Shown here in pieces: positions 8,954-17,793 of a stretch of DNA of 51,057 nt. Source of the DNA: Planctomycetota bacterium. Its GTDB lineage: Bacteria; Planctomycetota; UBA1135; UBA2386. A program made the position numbers and the translations under genes. The DNA lies in the NCBI GenBank assembly GCA_036338025.1, contig JAYZDB010000034.1:1-51057 (forward strand), written 5' to 3'. The notes beneath the pieces were generated by a model, which worked only from the letters and a program-made list of their open reading frames with translations, made no database searches and was not told the origin of the DNA. Position 1 is the stretch's first letter. Each line of letters starts with the position of its first letter.

Positions 8954-10219
8954 ATGAAAACCCGATTGCTTTCCATTACAGCTCTGCTGACCACCAGCAT
9001 CTTTTGTCCGACCACCACCGCGCAGGAGGTTGTCGGCATCACCGCCACCAGCCCCATCCTGCTCCGTCAGGACCTCTCCAGCGCCAATTGCGCGATGAAG
9101 AAATGTGCCCCGGCTAGCTTCGAGAAACAGGTCGCTCGGCACGCCGGCGGCTCCGCATACGACTCCCGCCGCCGTGGCGTCTGGAACACCAACGGGTCGC
9201 TGCTCGCCAACATCGACCCGTACACCGGCAAATGCGACTACATCTGCAAGCCGCAGCCGATCCCATTTCCGCCGGATCCTAGTGTGCGCCACTACGCCAC
9301 CGGCCTCGCCTACGTCGACTCCGGCGCGCGGCAATCTTCCAATAAGGTGCCGCCCGGCTGGCTGTTCGTCAGCTACAACTCCAACTACATCGCTCGACTG
9401 AATGTGCTGCGATGCTCAGTCGATGGGAAGTTCTGCAAGTTGCAGCTGCCCCGGGGTTCGGTGATCGCAGGCCTCGCCACCGATGACGTCGGACGCCGTC
9501 TCTACATCGGCGTCGTGCAGGCAAACAACACCAACCTGATCTTGGTCACCGATCTCGACGGCAGCTGGTGCAACCCGATCTGCAAGTCCATTCCGCCTGG
9601 CTGCAACCCGAACCTCCCGATGGGTCCCCTGACCGGCCTGGCATTCGACTCCTGTAGCCATTCCCTGATCATCACCGACGGCAAGCTGACGACCCGCTAC
9701 GCGATCTCCGCCGGGGGTTGCACACTCCGCCCCTTGGGCTGCTGCCCGAACACCGCCGATCCCTTCACGGGTCTGTGCCTGTTGCCAAACACCGACATCC
9801 ACAGCGTCGGCAACTCGTGCAGCACCAAGGCCTGCGAATCCTGCCCGACGATGCGTGCCGAGTTGCTCGGCGACCCGGTTCTCGGCAACCCCTACTTCGG
9901 CCTAGGTCTGCGTGAGGCTCCCAACAAGGCCAGCACCGCCATCTTGGCAATCGGCCTCGGTGCATGTTCCAGCCCCGGTATCAACCTCGGCTTCTGCACC
10001 AACATCCTGGTGCCCTTTCCGCCGATCCTGAACTTCTTTCCACTCTCGCCCATCACCACTCCCGGTTGCAACCGCAGCGTCAGCGTGCCCTATTCCGTAC
10101 CGCTGAACCCGAACCTCTGTGGTCTTCGGGCGTCGTTCCAGTGGCTCGTCATCTGCAAAGGCAAGCCGATGGGCATCGGGGTCACCAACTGCGTTGATTT
10201 TATGTTTGCAGGGTCGTAG
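8954..10219 (+). CDS. Secreted cysteine-rich hypothetical protein, possibly a beta-propeller-like N-terminal region plus a Cys/Pro-rich C-terminal domain
   Basis: The ATG at 8954 was verified. The signal peptide is MKTRLLSITALLTTSIFCPTTTAQ. GLA-type blade-like strings recur (ATGLAYVDSG, IAGLATDDVGRRLYIGV, LTGLAFDSCSHSLIITDG), and many Cys are scattered throughout. I recognised no family. Confidence 0.75.
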   Translation: MKTRLLSITALLTTSIFCPTTTAQEVVGITATSPILLRQDLSSANCAMKKCAPASFEKQVARHAGGSAYDSRRRGVWNTNGSLLANIDPYTGKCDYICKPQPIPFPPDPSVRHYATGLAYVDSGARQSSNKVPPGWLFVSYNSNYIARLNVLRCSVDGKFCKLQLPRGSVIAGLATDDVGRRLYIGVVQANNTNLILVTDLDGSWCNPICKSIPPGCNPNLPMGPLTGLAFDSCSHSLIITDGKLTTRYAISAGGCTLRPLGCCPNTADPFTGLCLLPNTDIHSVGNSCSTKACESCPTMRAELLGDPVLGNPYFGLGLREAPNKASTAILAIGLGACSSPGINLGFCTNILVPFPPILNFFPLSPITTPGCNRSVSVPYSVPLNPNLCGLRASFQWLVICKGKPMGIGVTNCVDFMFAGS

Positions 10220-10262
10220 CGACTTACTGGGCTAGTGATCGCTAACACCGCAGACACGTCCG

Positions 10263-10300
10263 CCGCAGCCTACCGATAGGGTAAGCTGCGGTGGCTTTTT
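10263..10300. terminator. Hairpin plus T-tract between convergent genes (likely an intrinsic terminator for 8954..10219, possibly bidirectional)
   Basis: The stem pairs ccgcagcctacc (10263-10274) with ggtaagctgcgg (10280-10291) with one mismatch, and the loop is about gata. It is followed by tggcttttt. Confidence 0.65.
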
Positions 10301-10307
10301 GTACCGC

Positions 10308-11420
10308 TCACCGGGGACGCAAGGGCACGAGGCCCTTGGCCCAGGCACGCACGAACAACCGAAAGCCACGGGAATAGTCTTCAATCCCGGAGGGCATACC
10401 CTGTGACTTCAGGTACTTGTCGTAGACCTTGGTCGAGATCGACTTCAAGCTCTTGATGACGTACTTCTCCCGCACCTCGCGAGCCAGGTCCATGTCCAGT
10501 CTCGCTCGCTCGGGCAGTTCTGCGTAGGCTCGTCGATACCCCTCAGCGTCCTGCCTTGACGCGGTGTATTGAAACACGCGCAAGGCCGTGCAGTAGCGTG
10601 CGTAAGGATCCTCAGCACGCAATCCCGACACGAAGCCAACGAGATTCGCATCGGCCTCCCCACAATAACCAGCGAGGTGCGCCAACTCGTGACCGCAGGT
10701 TGCCAGCCACTGTGGGTCTGGCAGTGCGGCCTCGACGTGGGCCTCGAGAGTCCACGGCGAGACGACGCCCCCAACATCAATTGTCATCAGGGTGCCAATC
10801 GGTGGACTCTTTACATGGGTGGGCCAGGCTGGTCGGAAGCCCTCGAGTTCCTCAACCAAGGTGGTCTGTGCCGCCTGGATGCTGCGGCGTGCTCGATCCC
10901 GGTCCCGTTCGGAGTCGGCCACGCAATCGCGGCGTATCAAGGCAACCAGGCGAGTCCGCAAATCCGCGACCGCCACCAAACCCGGCGGACGATCCTCGAT
11001 TCCCCAACGGATCTCCACTGGGACACGGCGGTATCCAAACCCCCACGTGAGGAGGAACACGGTGTACACGTAGAGCGCAAGGCGCAGGCCATGCCCGCAG
11101 CCAGCGAAGATCCGTCGCGCCACCCCCAGCCCTCGAGTTCGCGCCCGCCGCCAACCACGCAGCGCCCAAATCACCAACACGACCGGTGCAAGCAACAACA
11201 CCGAACCCATGATAGGAACAGGTACGCTCCCAGTCAGCGGAACCAGGCACCGCTGGGTCACATGAAACAGGCCATCGCTGAACAGCGCCTCGATCCAGGT
11301 CGCCGGCAGCACCAAACTCGCAGCGATCAGGACCACACTGGTAACCCGAAGGGTCAACCGGGTACGTCGCCACGACCGGACAGGAGACGTAGAAACTGGC
11401 GGCATCGGCTGTCCGCTCAT
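10308..11420 (-). CDS. DUF3810-family membrane protein (putative Zn-metallopeptidase, HExxH)
   Basis: ATG at 11420. It has N-terminal TM helices and the motif CGHELAHLAGYCGEADANLVGF, characteristic of DUF3810. Its ATG overlaps the TGA of the upstream CotH gene (ATGA, 11417-11420). Confidence 0.8.
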   Translation of the reverse strand: MSGQPMPPVSTSPVRSWRRTRLTLRVTSVVLIAASLVLPATWIEALFSDGLFHVTQRCLVPLTGSVPVPIMGSVLLLAPVVLVIWALRGWRRARTRGLGVARRIFAGCGHGLRLALYVYTVFLLTWGFGYRRVPVEIRWGIEDRPPGLVAVADLRTRLVALIRRDCVADSERDRDRARRSIQAAQTTLVEELEGFRPAWPTHVKSPPIGTLMTIDVGGVVSPWTLEAHVEAALPDPQWLATCGHELAHLAGYCGEADANLVGFVSGLRAEDPYARYCTALRVFQYTASRQDAEGYRRAYAELPERARLDMDLAREVREKYVIKSLKSISTKVYDKYLKSQGMPSGIEDYSRGFRLFVRAWAKGLVPLRPR

Positions 11421-12886
11421 TTAGAGATCGCGAAGTGAGCCGGACGAGCCTCGGCCGCTTCAGGGTGGAACATCGTCACGTCGAGATCTTCGGGAGCACG
11501 GGCTTCAATGTAGAAGTCCAGCCCTTCGCCATCCTCAAGTTCAGAACTCAGGCCCACGAAGCGGCGATCACCGGCTTCACGCATTGCCACCCGCTTGAAT
11601 GCTGCGTGAGGCGCCCAACGGTAATAGAGGAATACTCCTGCGAGCGGAACCTCACCGACAACCCCGACATCGATTTGGACCCGAGCGGGCTGGCCCGAAT
11701 CGCCACCTCCGATCGCCTGAACCCTTGGTTGTGCAATTTCGGGTCGGGGTCCGGCGAGGCTGGGGTGTGCAAGAACCATCCTGCTGCGCCTGGCACAGAG
11801 CATCTGCAACTCGTCGAGACTGCCCTCGAAAGCTGTCAATGTGGTCAAGCGACGCCGGTCCTTTTTGACCTCGGCCGTGATCAGGTCATGAAACCCCTGA
11901 CAAACCGGGCCGATCTTCTGCCAGTCAAGACAATGTGTCGCAACCGTCCGCACGTGCGCAAGGTATCGAGCTCGCCACGCTGGGACCGCCAGCAGGCGAC
12001 TCATCAGCGGGCGTAGGTCGTTATCCATCTGCTCGAGAGGATCTGATCCAAACCCCCGTTGTCCCTGTCGCCGCGCTACCGGGCGGTTGGGAATTGGTCG
12101 CGGGAGGATCTCGTTGTTGTCGTACAGGATCGGCAAGAACCGCCCATCCGGAAGCTCCACCAGGCGATAGTCGTAGCCTTGCTTGACGTATCCATCGCTG
12201 TCTTCAAACACCCATTCGAGAGCCAAAAACCACAGAGTCCGATCCACGTCGAGTACTGCCGGCAACACGGCTTCGCGCTCCTCGACCGGTGTCTCATTGA
12301 GGAGTTTGCAGAAACGGATCAGCCGAGACCACGCTTGCGGATCATTCTTGGTCTTGAGCTGGAACGCTCTCTGATAGTCGGCCTTGTCTTCCCCGAGGTA
12401 GCGGAGCGCACCAACCCCACGAAAGTTGCGCTCGATCTTCCAACGCACGGCCTTACGGCTGCCAAACCAATCCTTGAGGAAGTCCTTGTTAAACTGCTGA
12501 GCATTGGCATAGGCACCCCAGTTTGCTCCGTTGATCACCAGCTTCACGAAGTTAACGCGTGGCGTGGGCACGTACTCACCAGCGATTCGAGCAAAAAAGG
12601 CATCCCGGATCAGCGAGATGTCCTGGTTGCAATTCAGGAAGTTGATCGTTCGATTTCCGTCGATGCGCAGACTTTCGTCGGTGTAGTCAACGGAGATGTT
12701 GATCGACTTCTTCTTCAGCGTCGAGACCATGATGTACGATGAGCTGCCGCGGTAGCGCACGCCAACGCCCTGGTAGGGCTTGCCATCAACAGTCAGCTTG
12801 CCGGGAACTTCAACATCCGTCCGATAGAACTCCGAGAGTTGGGAGTGCCAGTCGCTACCCGGCAGGGAAAGGAACACGGTTCTCAT
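11417..12886 (-). CDS. CotH-family protein (atypical protein kinase fold, spore-coat protein H family)
   Basis: Motifs: FLSLPGSDWHSQL...GKLTVDGKPYQGVGVRYRGSSSY...INFLNCNQDISLIRD. The ATG at 12886 is the first start codon after an in-frame TAG (12980-12982). Upstream codons in the same frame (…EVPRHEGKSWFDPEI) already look like part of the domain; see findings. Confidence 0.8.
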   Translation of the reverse strand: MRTVFLSLPGSDWHSQLSEFYRTDVEVPGKLTVDGKPYQGVGVRYRGSSSYIMVSTLKKKSINISVDYTDESLRIDGNRTINFLNCNQDISLIRDAFFARIAGEYVPTPRVNFVKLVINGANWGAYANAQQFNKDFLKDWFGSRKAVRWKIERNFRGVGALRYLGEDKADYQRAFQLKTKNDPQAWSRLIRFCKLLNETPVEEREAVLPAVLDVDRTLWFLALEWVFEDSDGYVKQGYDYRLVELPDGRFLPILYDNNEILPRPIPNRPVARRQGQRGFGSDPLEQMDNDLRPLMSRLLAVPAWRARYLAHVRTVATHCLDWQKIGPVCQGFHDLITAEVKKDRRRLTTLTAFEGSLDELQMLCARRSRMVLAHPSLAGPRPEIAQPRVQAIGGGDSGQPARVQIDVGVVGEVPLAGVFLYYRWAPHAAFKRVAMREAGDRRFVGLSSELEDGEGLDFYIEARAPEDLDVTMFHPEAAEARPAHFAISK

Positions 12887-12979
12887 GATCTCTGGATCAA
12901 ACCAGGACTTGCCCTCGTGACGCGGAACTTCGGCAGGGGTCGGTACACCTGACCTGCTAGCGCCTCTCTTTCCGAGCCT

Positions 12980-13237
12980 CTAATGACGCAACAGCGAACG
13001 TCCACCGTTGTTATTTTCGCGCTCCGCGCGAATCCACTTCTGCGCCTCTGATCGCTCGACAAGATCCAGGCGTCCATCGTTGTCCTTGTCGAACCGCGTG
13101 ATCAACTCATGGCGCCTCAGGATGTCTGCGAGATTGGATTGCGCAAGAATCGAAGAGGACAAGAGGCCGCTCCATACACCGAGACCGCCGAACAGCTTCA
13201 GTTGCCAGTTGGTACTATCGGGGAGCGAGTGACGCAT
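12980..13237 (-). CDS. Signal peptide plus single canonical EF-hand module, in frame with the CotH gene and separated from it by one TAG
   Basis: The ATG at 13237 was verified. The hydrophobic N-terminus is LKLFGGLGVWSGLLSSSILAQ. The EF loop DKDNDGRLDLVE fits the D-x-D-x-D-G-x-L-x-x-x-E pattern. Both genes share a frame (13237 and 12886 are both 1 mod 3). Confidence 0.6.
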   Translation of the reverse strand: MRHSLPDSTNWQLKLFGGLGVWSGLLSSSILAQSNLADILRRHELITRFDKDNDGRLDLVERSEAQKWIRAERENNNGGRSLLRH

Positions 13238-13393
13238 CTTGGTACGGGGGATCTGACGGGCAATCCGGGCGGGTACCAGCCCGAATTGTCCCGGCCAGGG
13301 TAGCGTAGAACGATCTGGAAAGCTCGCCAGCTACCGTCGACCAGCATCGCCACTCACCCGCTCTCGGAAAACGGCGAGAGCATCGTACCTCCA

Positions 13394-14929
13394 TCACGAC
13401 ATTGTAGACGCCGCAAGCTCACCCGGAGCACAAGTGATTCCTCCCCCGGGATGGCTTCCGGAACCACACAGCACCAGACCCTCGAGCGGTGTCGCGTAGC
13501 GTGCACATGTAGCCTGCGGCCGGAAGGACAGTAATTGATCGAGGCCGTGCTCACCGTGATGAATATGGCCTCCGGTCAACGACAACTCCCGCTCGAGGTC
13601 TGCCGGCGTAACCACCTGGTACCCGACGATCCGGTCGCGGCATTCCGGCGCAACTTCAGCTAGACGATTCAAACAAACCTCGAGGAGATCTGCGCGCTGA
13701 GTATCACCCCACCCGGCTTCGAGATCATGGGGCACGAAGTGCACGAGCATGGACGCGACATGGTGACCGGCCGGTGCAAGCCCCGGATCGAGCACCGTAG
13801 GCATGTGGATATCGATGTGGGGAGATACTGGAAGGCGTCGGTACTTGACGCTGTCGAAAGCGCGTTCGATTTCTTCGAGGTTTTCGCCAACGCGGATCGT
13901 GTCGAAGACCGCGCCGGGACGACAGGAGAATTCCAACGGGCCGTCGAGGGCCAGATTGACCTTCGCAGTCGTTCCGCGGCAACGCCAGTTCTCAATTCCC
14001 GAACCAAGATCCCCCGGTAAGTCCAAGGGTCGAATGAGATCGAGGAAGGTCTGTCTCGGATCGACGGACGAAGCCACCAGCCCGCCCTCGACCCCGCTGC
14101 CATCCGCAAGCTCCACACCCTGGACACGGCCCGCGTCGGTCAGGATACGCACGACGCCAGCGTTGGTGCGGAGTTCGACACCCCGACTCTCGCAGGCCAA
14201 GACCAGGGCGTCCACCAGCGCGGCCGGCCCGCCGACAATGCCGCGCCCGGCCGTGCAGATCTGCATGAGAGCCAGCGCGGTCGTACCCGCAGACCCGGGA
14301 CCGGACCAGGTACCGAGAAGGGCCGGGGACGCCAGCGCGGCCTTCAAGACATCGGTCTCGAACCACTCATCGAGCCAGTCCTGCACACAGGTCGGCCCGA
14401 TTCGCAGACACTCGTACATCGTCTCACGACCGAGACTGCGCAACGCCCAGCCCTTCCTTAGCAGAGCGAGGAACTGCCCCGCCCCGCGCGGCGAGATCGG
14501 GGGCGGAATCTCGCCGAGGATACCGCGCAGGTAGCTCCCGATGCGGGCCAAGAACGCCCGAAACTCCACGTAGCGATCGGCATCGCTAGCCGAGTGTGCC
14601 GCCAGTTCGTCGCACGCCCTGACCGGGTCGTCAAACAGCAACAACCCCGGCCCGTCCTTCTGTGGAGCAAACACCGCAGCTTCGTCGGAACGACGCTTCA
14701 ACCCGTGGGATTCAAGACCGAGCTTGTCGATGACGGATGACCGCACCGAGGACGTATCGTGAAGAACTCCTACCGTGCGATAACCGGGATGAAACTCCTC
14801 TCCCGCTGCCAGGCCGCCGAGGATCCCACGCCGCTCCAGCACCAGGACCTTGCGCCCGCGAGACGCTTGCAGGGCAGCACAGGTCAGCCCGTTGTGCCCG
14901 CCACCGATGATGATCAAGTCGTACTGCAA
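13394..14929 (-). CDS. FAD/NAD(P)-binding oxidoreductase, phytoene-desaturase-related (COG1233 / PYROXD2-like)
   Basis: The TTG start at 14929 was verified (ttg cag tac gac...). The N-terminal Rossmann motif is DLIIIGGGHNGLTCAA...VLVLERR. It is a paralog of the next gene. Confidence 0.85.
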   Translation of the reverse strand: MQYDLIIIGGGHNGLTCAALQASRGRKVLVLERRGILGGLAAGEEFHPGYRTVGVLHDTSSVRSSVIDKLGLESHGLKRRSDEAAVFAPQKDGPGLLLFDDPVRACDELAAHSASDADRYVEFRAFLARIGSYLRGILGEIPPPISPRGAGQFLALLRKGWALRSLGRETMYECLRIGPTCVQDWLDEWFETDVLKAALASPALLGTWSGPGSAGTTALALMQICTAGRGIVGGPAALVDALVLACESRGVELRTNAGVVRILTDAGRVQGVELADGSGVEGGLVASSVDPRQTFLDLIRPLDLPGDLGSGIENWRCRGTTAKVNLALDGPLEFSCRPGAVFDTIRVGENLEEIERAFDSVKYRRLPVSPHIDIHMPTVLDPGLAPAGHHVASMLVHFVPHDLEAGWGDTQRADLLEVCLNRLAEVAPECRDRIVGYQVVTPADLERELSLTGGHIHHGEHGLDQLLSFRPQATCARYATPLEGLVLCGSGSHPGGGITCAPGELAASTMS

Positions 14930-14936
14930 TGCTGGC

Positions 14937-16520
14937 CTACCGGGTTTTCAGGATTCGCCGCGCGGCGTTGGCGCCAGGCGCCCCCATGATTCCGCCGCCA
15001 GGATGGGTGCCCGACGCACACATCCACAAGCCGGGGATCGGAGTCTTGTAACGCGACCACAGAGGAGTAGGCCGCAGGAAGAACAACTGCTCGAGACTGA
15101 GCTCGCCGTGGAAGATGTTGCCCTCGGTCAACCCGATTTTCTGTTCGAGGTCCCAGGGCGTCAGCACCTGTCGGTGCAGGATGGACTCCTTGAGGGTCGG
15201 ACAGTATTCGGCGAGAGTGTCGATGACAGCATCACCAAACGCCTGGCGTTTTTGCGGCCAGTTTTCGGGGCCCTCCTTCAAGGCGTAGGGAGCGTACTGC
15301 ACAAAGATCGACATCACGTGCTTGCCGGGTGGCGCCACCGAGGGATCCACCAACGAAGGGATCACCACGTTCATGAAGGGTCGCTGGCTGAAATCTCCGT
15401 ACTTGGCCTCGTCGAACGCCCGCTCCAGGTAATCGACACTCGGCGCAATCGCGACATCACCGCGCACATGCAAACCATCGCCCGGCCGACAAGTAAACTC
15501 GGGGAACCGATCGAGCGCCAGGTTGACCTTGCCGGAGCTGCCACGCATCTTGAACCGCTTGATCGATCCGAGAAACTCCGCGTCGAGGTCCGAGGAGTTG
15601 CAGAGCTTGAGGAAGGTTCGGTGTGGATCGAGACCGGACACTACAGTGTCGGCCTGGATCTCCGTCCCATCTTCCAAGACCACACCCCGGACTCGACCGC
15701 CCCGGACCATCACCTCGTCGACACTCGCCTCCGTGCGAATCTCGGCGCCAAAATGGCGAGCGGCGTCAGCGATCGCGTTGCTGATCTGGCCCGTGCCACC
15801 CTTCGAGAGACCCCAGGCCCGGAAGGCGCCGTCGATCTCCCCCATGTAGTGGTGTAGCAACACGTAGGCAGTGCCCGGTGATCGAACCCCCTGAAACGTT
15901 CCGATGATCCCGCTCACACCCAGGGTGGCCTTGAGCAAGTCCCCTTCGAACCACTCATCGAGGAAGTCGATGGCGCTCATCGTGAACATCTTGGCCTGAA
16001 GAATACGCTCCGACTCGGTCAGTTGGCCAAACATCCGACCGAGCTTGAGCATGTCCAACAGATTGCCAGGACGCAGTGAAGAAGGGTCGGGAGGCGTCAT
16101 CTCGAGGATCGGTTTGACCATGCGCCCGACCTTCATCATCTCACGCCCGAACTCCGGATAGATTTCTGCATCACGCTGACTGAACTGCGCGATCTCGCGG
16201 CGCGTCTTGTCACCATCGGGCCAGCGAACCAGGCCGGGTCCATCGAGCTGTGGGGTGAAGGAACACTCGAGCGGCAGGATCTCCAGGCCGAACCGAGGCA
16301 GCTGCAGGTCACGGATGATCTCAGGTCGCAACAGGCTCACGACGTAGCTGCAGACTGAGTACTTGAAACCCGGATGTAATTCCTCAGTCACCGCCGCACC
16401 ACCGAGCACGTGCCGCCGCTCAAGCACCAAAACGGATCGACCGGCCCGCGCCAGGTAAGCGGCACAGACCAGGCCATTGTGCCCGCCACCAACTACGATC
16501 GAGTCATACCGCTTGGTCAT
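14937..16520 (-). CDS. FAD/NAD(P)-binding oxidoreductase, phytoene-desaturase-related (COG1233 / PYROXD2-like), second paralog
   Basis: ATG at 16520. Motif: YDSIVVGGGHNGLVCAAYLARAGRSVLVLERR. Its ATG overlaps the TGA of the upstream GcvT-like gene (ATGA, 16517-16520). Confidence 0.85.
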   Translation of the reverse strand: MTKRYDSIVVGGGHNGLVCAAYLARAGRSVLVLERRHVLGGAAVTEELHPGFKYSVCSYVVSLLRPEIIRDLQLPRFGLEILPLECSFTPQLDGPGLVRWPDGDKTRREIAQFSQRDAEIYPEFGREMMKVGRMVKPILEMTPPDPSSLRPGNLLDMLKLGRMFGQLTESERILQAKMFTMSAIDFLDEWFEGDLLKATLGVSGIIGTFQGVRSPGTAYVLLHHYMGEIDGAFRAWGLSKGGTGQISNAIADAARHFGAEIRTEASVDEVMVRGGRVRGVVLEDGTEIQADTVVSGLDPHRTFLKLCNSSDLDAEFLGSIKRFKMRGSSGKVNLALDRFPEFTCRPGDGLHVRGDVAIAPSVDYLERAFDEAKYGDFSQRPFMNVVIPSLVDPSVAPPGKHVMSIFVQYAPYALKEGPENWPQKRQAFGDAVIDTLAEYCPTLKESILHRQVLTPWDLEQKIGLTEGNIFHGELSLEQLFFLRPTPLWSRYKTPIPGLWMCASGTHPGGGIMGAPGANAARRILKTR

Positions 16521-17704
16521 GCTCGCTTCCGGTCGGGGTCAAAGAACGGTCGATCCACAACGCTCGCCGCCACTCGAGATCGTTCGAACTCGACTGTGTG
16601 TTCGATCTCAAGACCTGTGCCAAGACTCGACTGAGCCGTCCTGACGGTAGCTAGTGCGAGGTACTTCTTGAGAATCGGTGACCAGGTCGTGCTGGTGACC
16701 TGCCCGACCTGCCGTCCACCGCTAAACAGCGGCACTGCATCACGACAGGCATGGGTCGGGAGACTCGGTGGCAGGCCCCAGGCAGCATAGAGTTCCTCGA
16801 TACCCTCCCAGCTGATCTCGAGACCGACGAATTGCCAGTCGCTACCGTCCGCATGTTCGGCGCGTAGCGCGGCCTGACCCACGAACGGTTCACGTTCGAG
16901 ATCAACGGTCCAGCCCAGCCCGATCTCGAACGGCGAGGACTTGCGGGACTCGATCAAACAGCGCGGCGCGCTGAAGTAGTCGACATCCTGGAGGACGAAA
17001 CCGGCTTCGATGCGGGTGACGTCGAGGGCATCGAGTCCAGCTGCCTGCAACCCGAATGGGGTACCCGCTTCCATCAGTGCATCCCAGACCGGCAGGGCAT
17101 CACCCGACCGCAACCAAACCTCGTAGCCGAGATCTCCGGTGTATCCGGTGCGGGACACCTGCACATCGACACCATCAATCCGCGTAGACATGATTCCAAA
17201 GAAACCCAGGTCACGAATCCCATCGTCAGCCGCCGAGGCCAGCGCCTCGCGAGAATTGGGTCCCTGGATCGCCAACGCCGCCAAGGTATCCGACACGTCG
17301 CGGAGCTGGATATCGAACCCACGGCGCTGGCGATCGAACCACCCGAAAGTCGGGCTGGCCGTGGTAACCCGGAACGACTGCTCATCGATCCGCGCGATGG
17401 TGCCATCATCGATGACCTTGCCGTGCGAATCACAAAAACACGCATAGGTCACCCGCCCAGCCTGCAGCGTGCCTACGTCTCGCGTCGCGACGCTGGCCAG
17501 GAAAGCCGCACTATCGACACCCGAGACCTCGTATTTGTAGAGCGGCGAGATGTCCAACAGGCCGGCAGCGTTACGGAACGCGAAGTACTCCGGGTCATGG
17601 TGGGACTGGTAGCTTGAGACCGCGAAGTAACCAGCCCAACTCTTGAACTGCAGGCTCTCACAAAGCTTGGAGGTGCGCGGATGAAACGGCGTCGGTAGGG
17701 GCAT
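16517..17704 (-). CDS. Aminomethyltransferase (GcvT) family folate-binding protein
   Basis: ATG at 17704. Motifs: FRNAAGLLDISPLYKYEVSG, GRVTYACFCDSHGKVIDDG, ALAIQGP, GYTGDLGYEVW. These match the layout of glycine-cleavage T / demethylase family proteins. Confidence 0.8.
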   Translation of the reverse strand: MPLPTPFHPRTSKLCESLQFKSWAGYFAVSSYQSHHDPEYFAFRNAAGLLDISPLYKYEVSGVDSAAFLASVATRDVGTLQAGRVTYACFCDSHGKVIDDGTIARIDEQSFRVTTASPTFGWFDRQRRGFDIQLRDVSDTLAALAIQGPNSREALASAADDGIRDLGFFGIMSTRIDGVDVQVSRTGYTGDLGYEVWLRSGDALPVWDALMEAGTPFGLQAAGLDALDVTRIEAGFVLQDVDYFSAPRCLIESRKSSPFEIGLGWTVDLEREPFVGQAALRAEHADGSDWQFVGLEISWEGIEELYAAWGLPPSLPTHACRDAVPLFSGGRQVGQVTSTTWSPILKKYLALATVRTAQSSLGTGLEIEHTVEFERSRVAASVVDRPFFDPDRKRA

Positions 17705-17793
17705 GGCTGGATCAGACGGGACCGAAAACTAACCAGCGCGGTTCGTTATTGAAACAACCGGGTCGTAATGACCACCACGTGAGAGTACCTGGC

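Noticed and set aside
8544-8957. A 137-aa ORF in the long intergenic region
   Set aside because: Its translation is a Pro/Ala/Gly/Arg low-complexity string without start context or a hydrophobic core, so I treated it as non-coding.
12980-12982. The in-frame TAG in the EF-hand/CotH locus as a pyrrolysine codon
   Set aside because: Nothing in the window suggests pyl genes or methylamine methyltransferases, and Pyl use is rare and lineage-restricted. A nonsense mutation, a sequencing error or a simple two-gene arrangement is far more likely.
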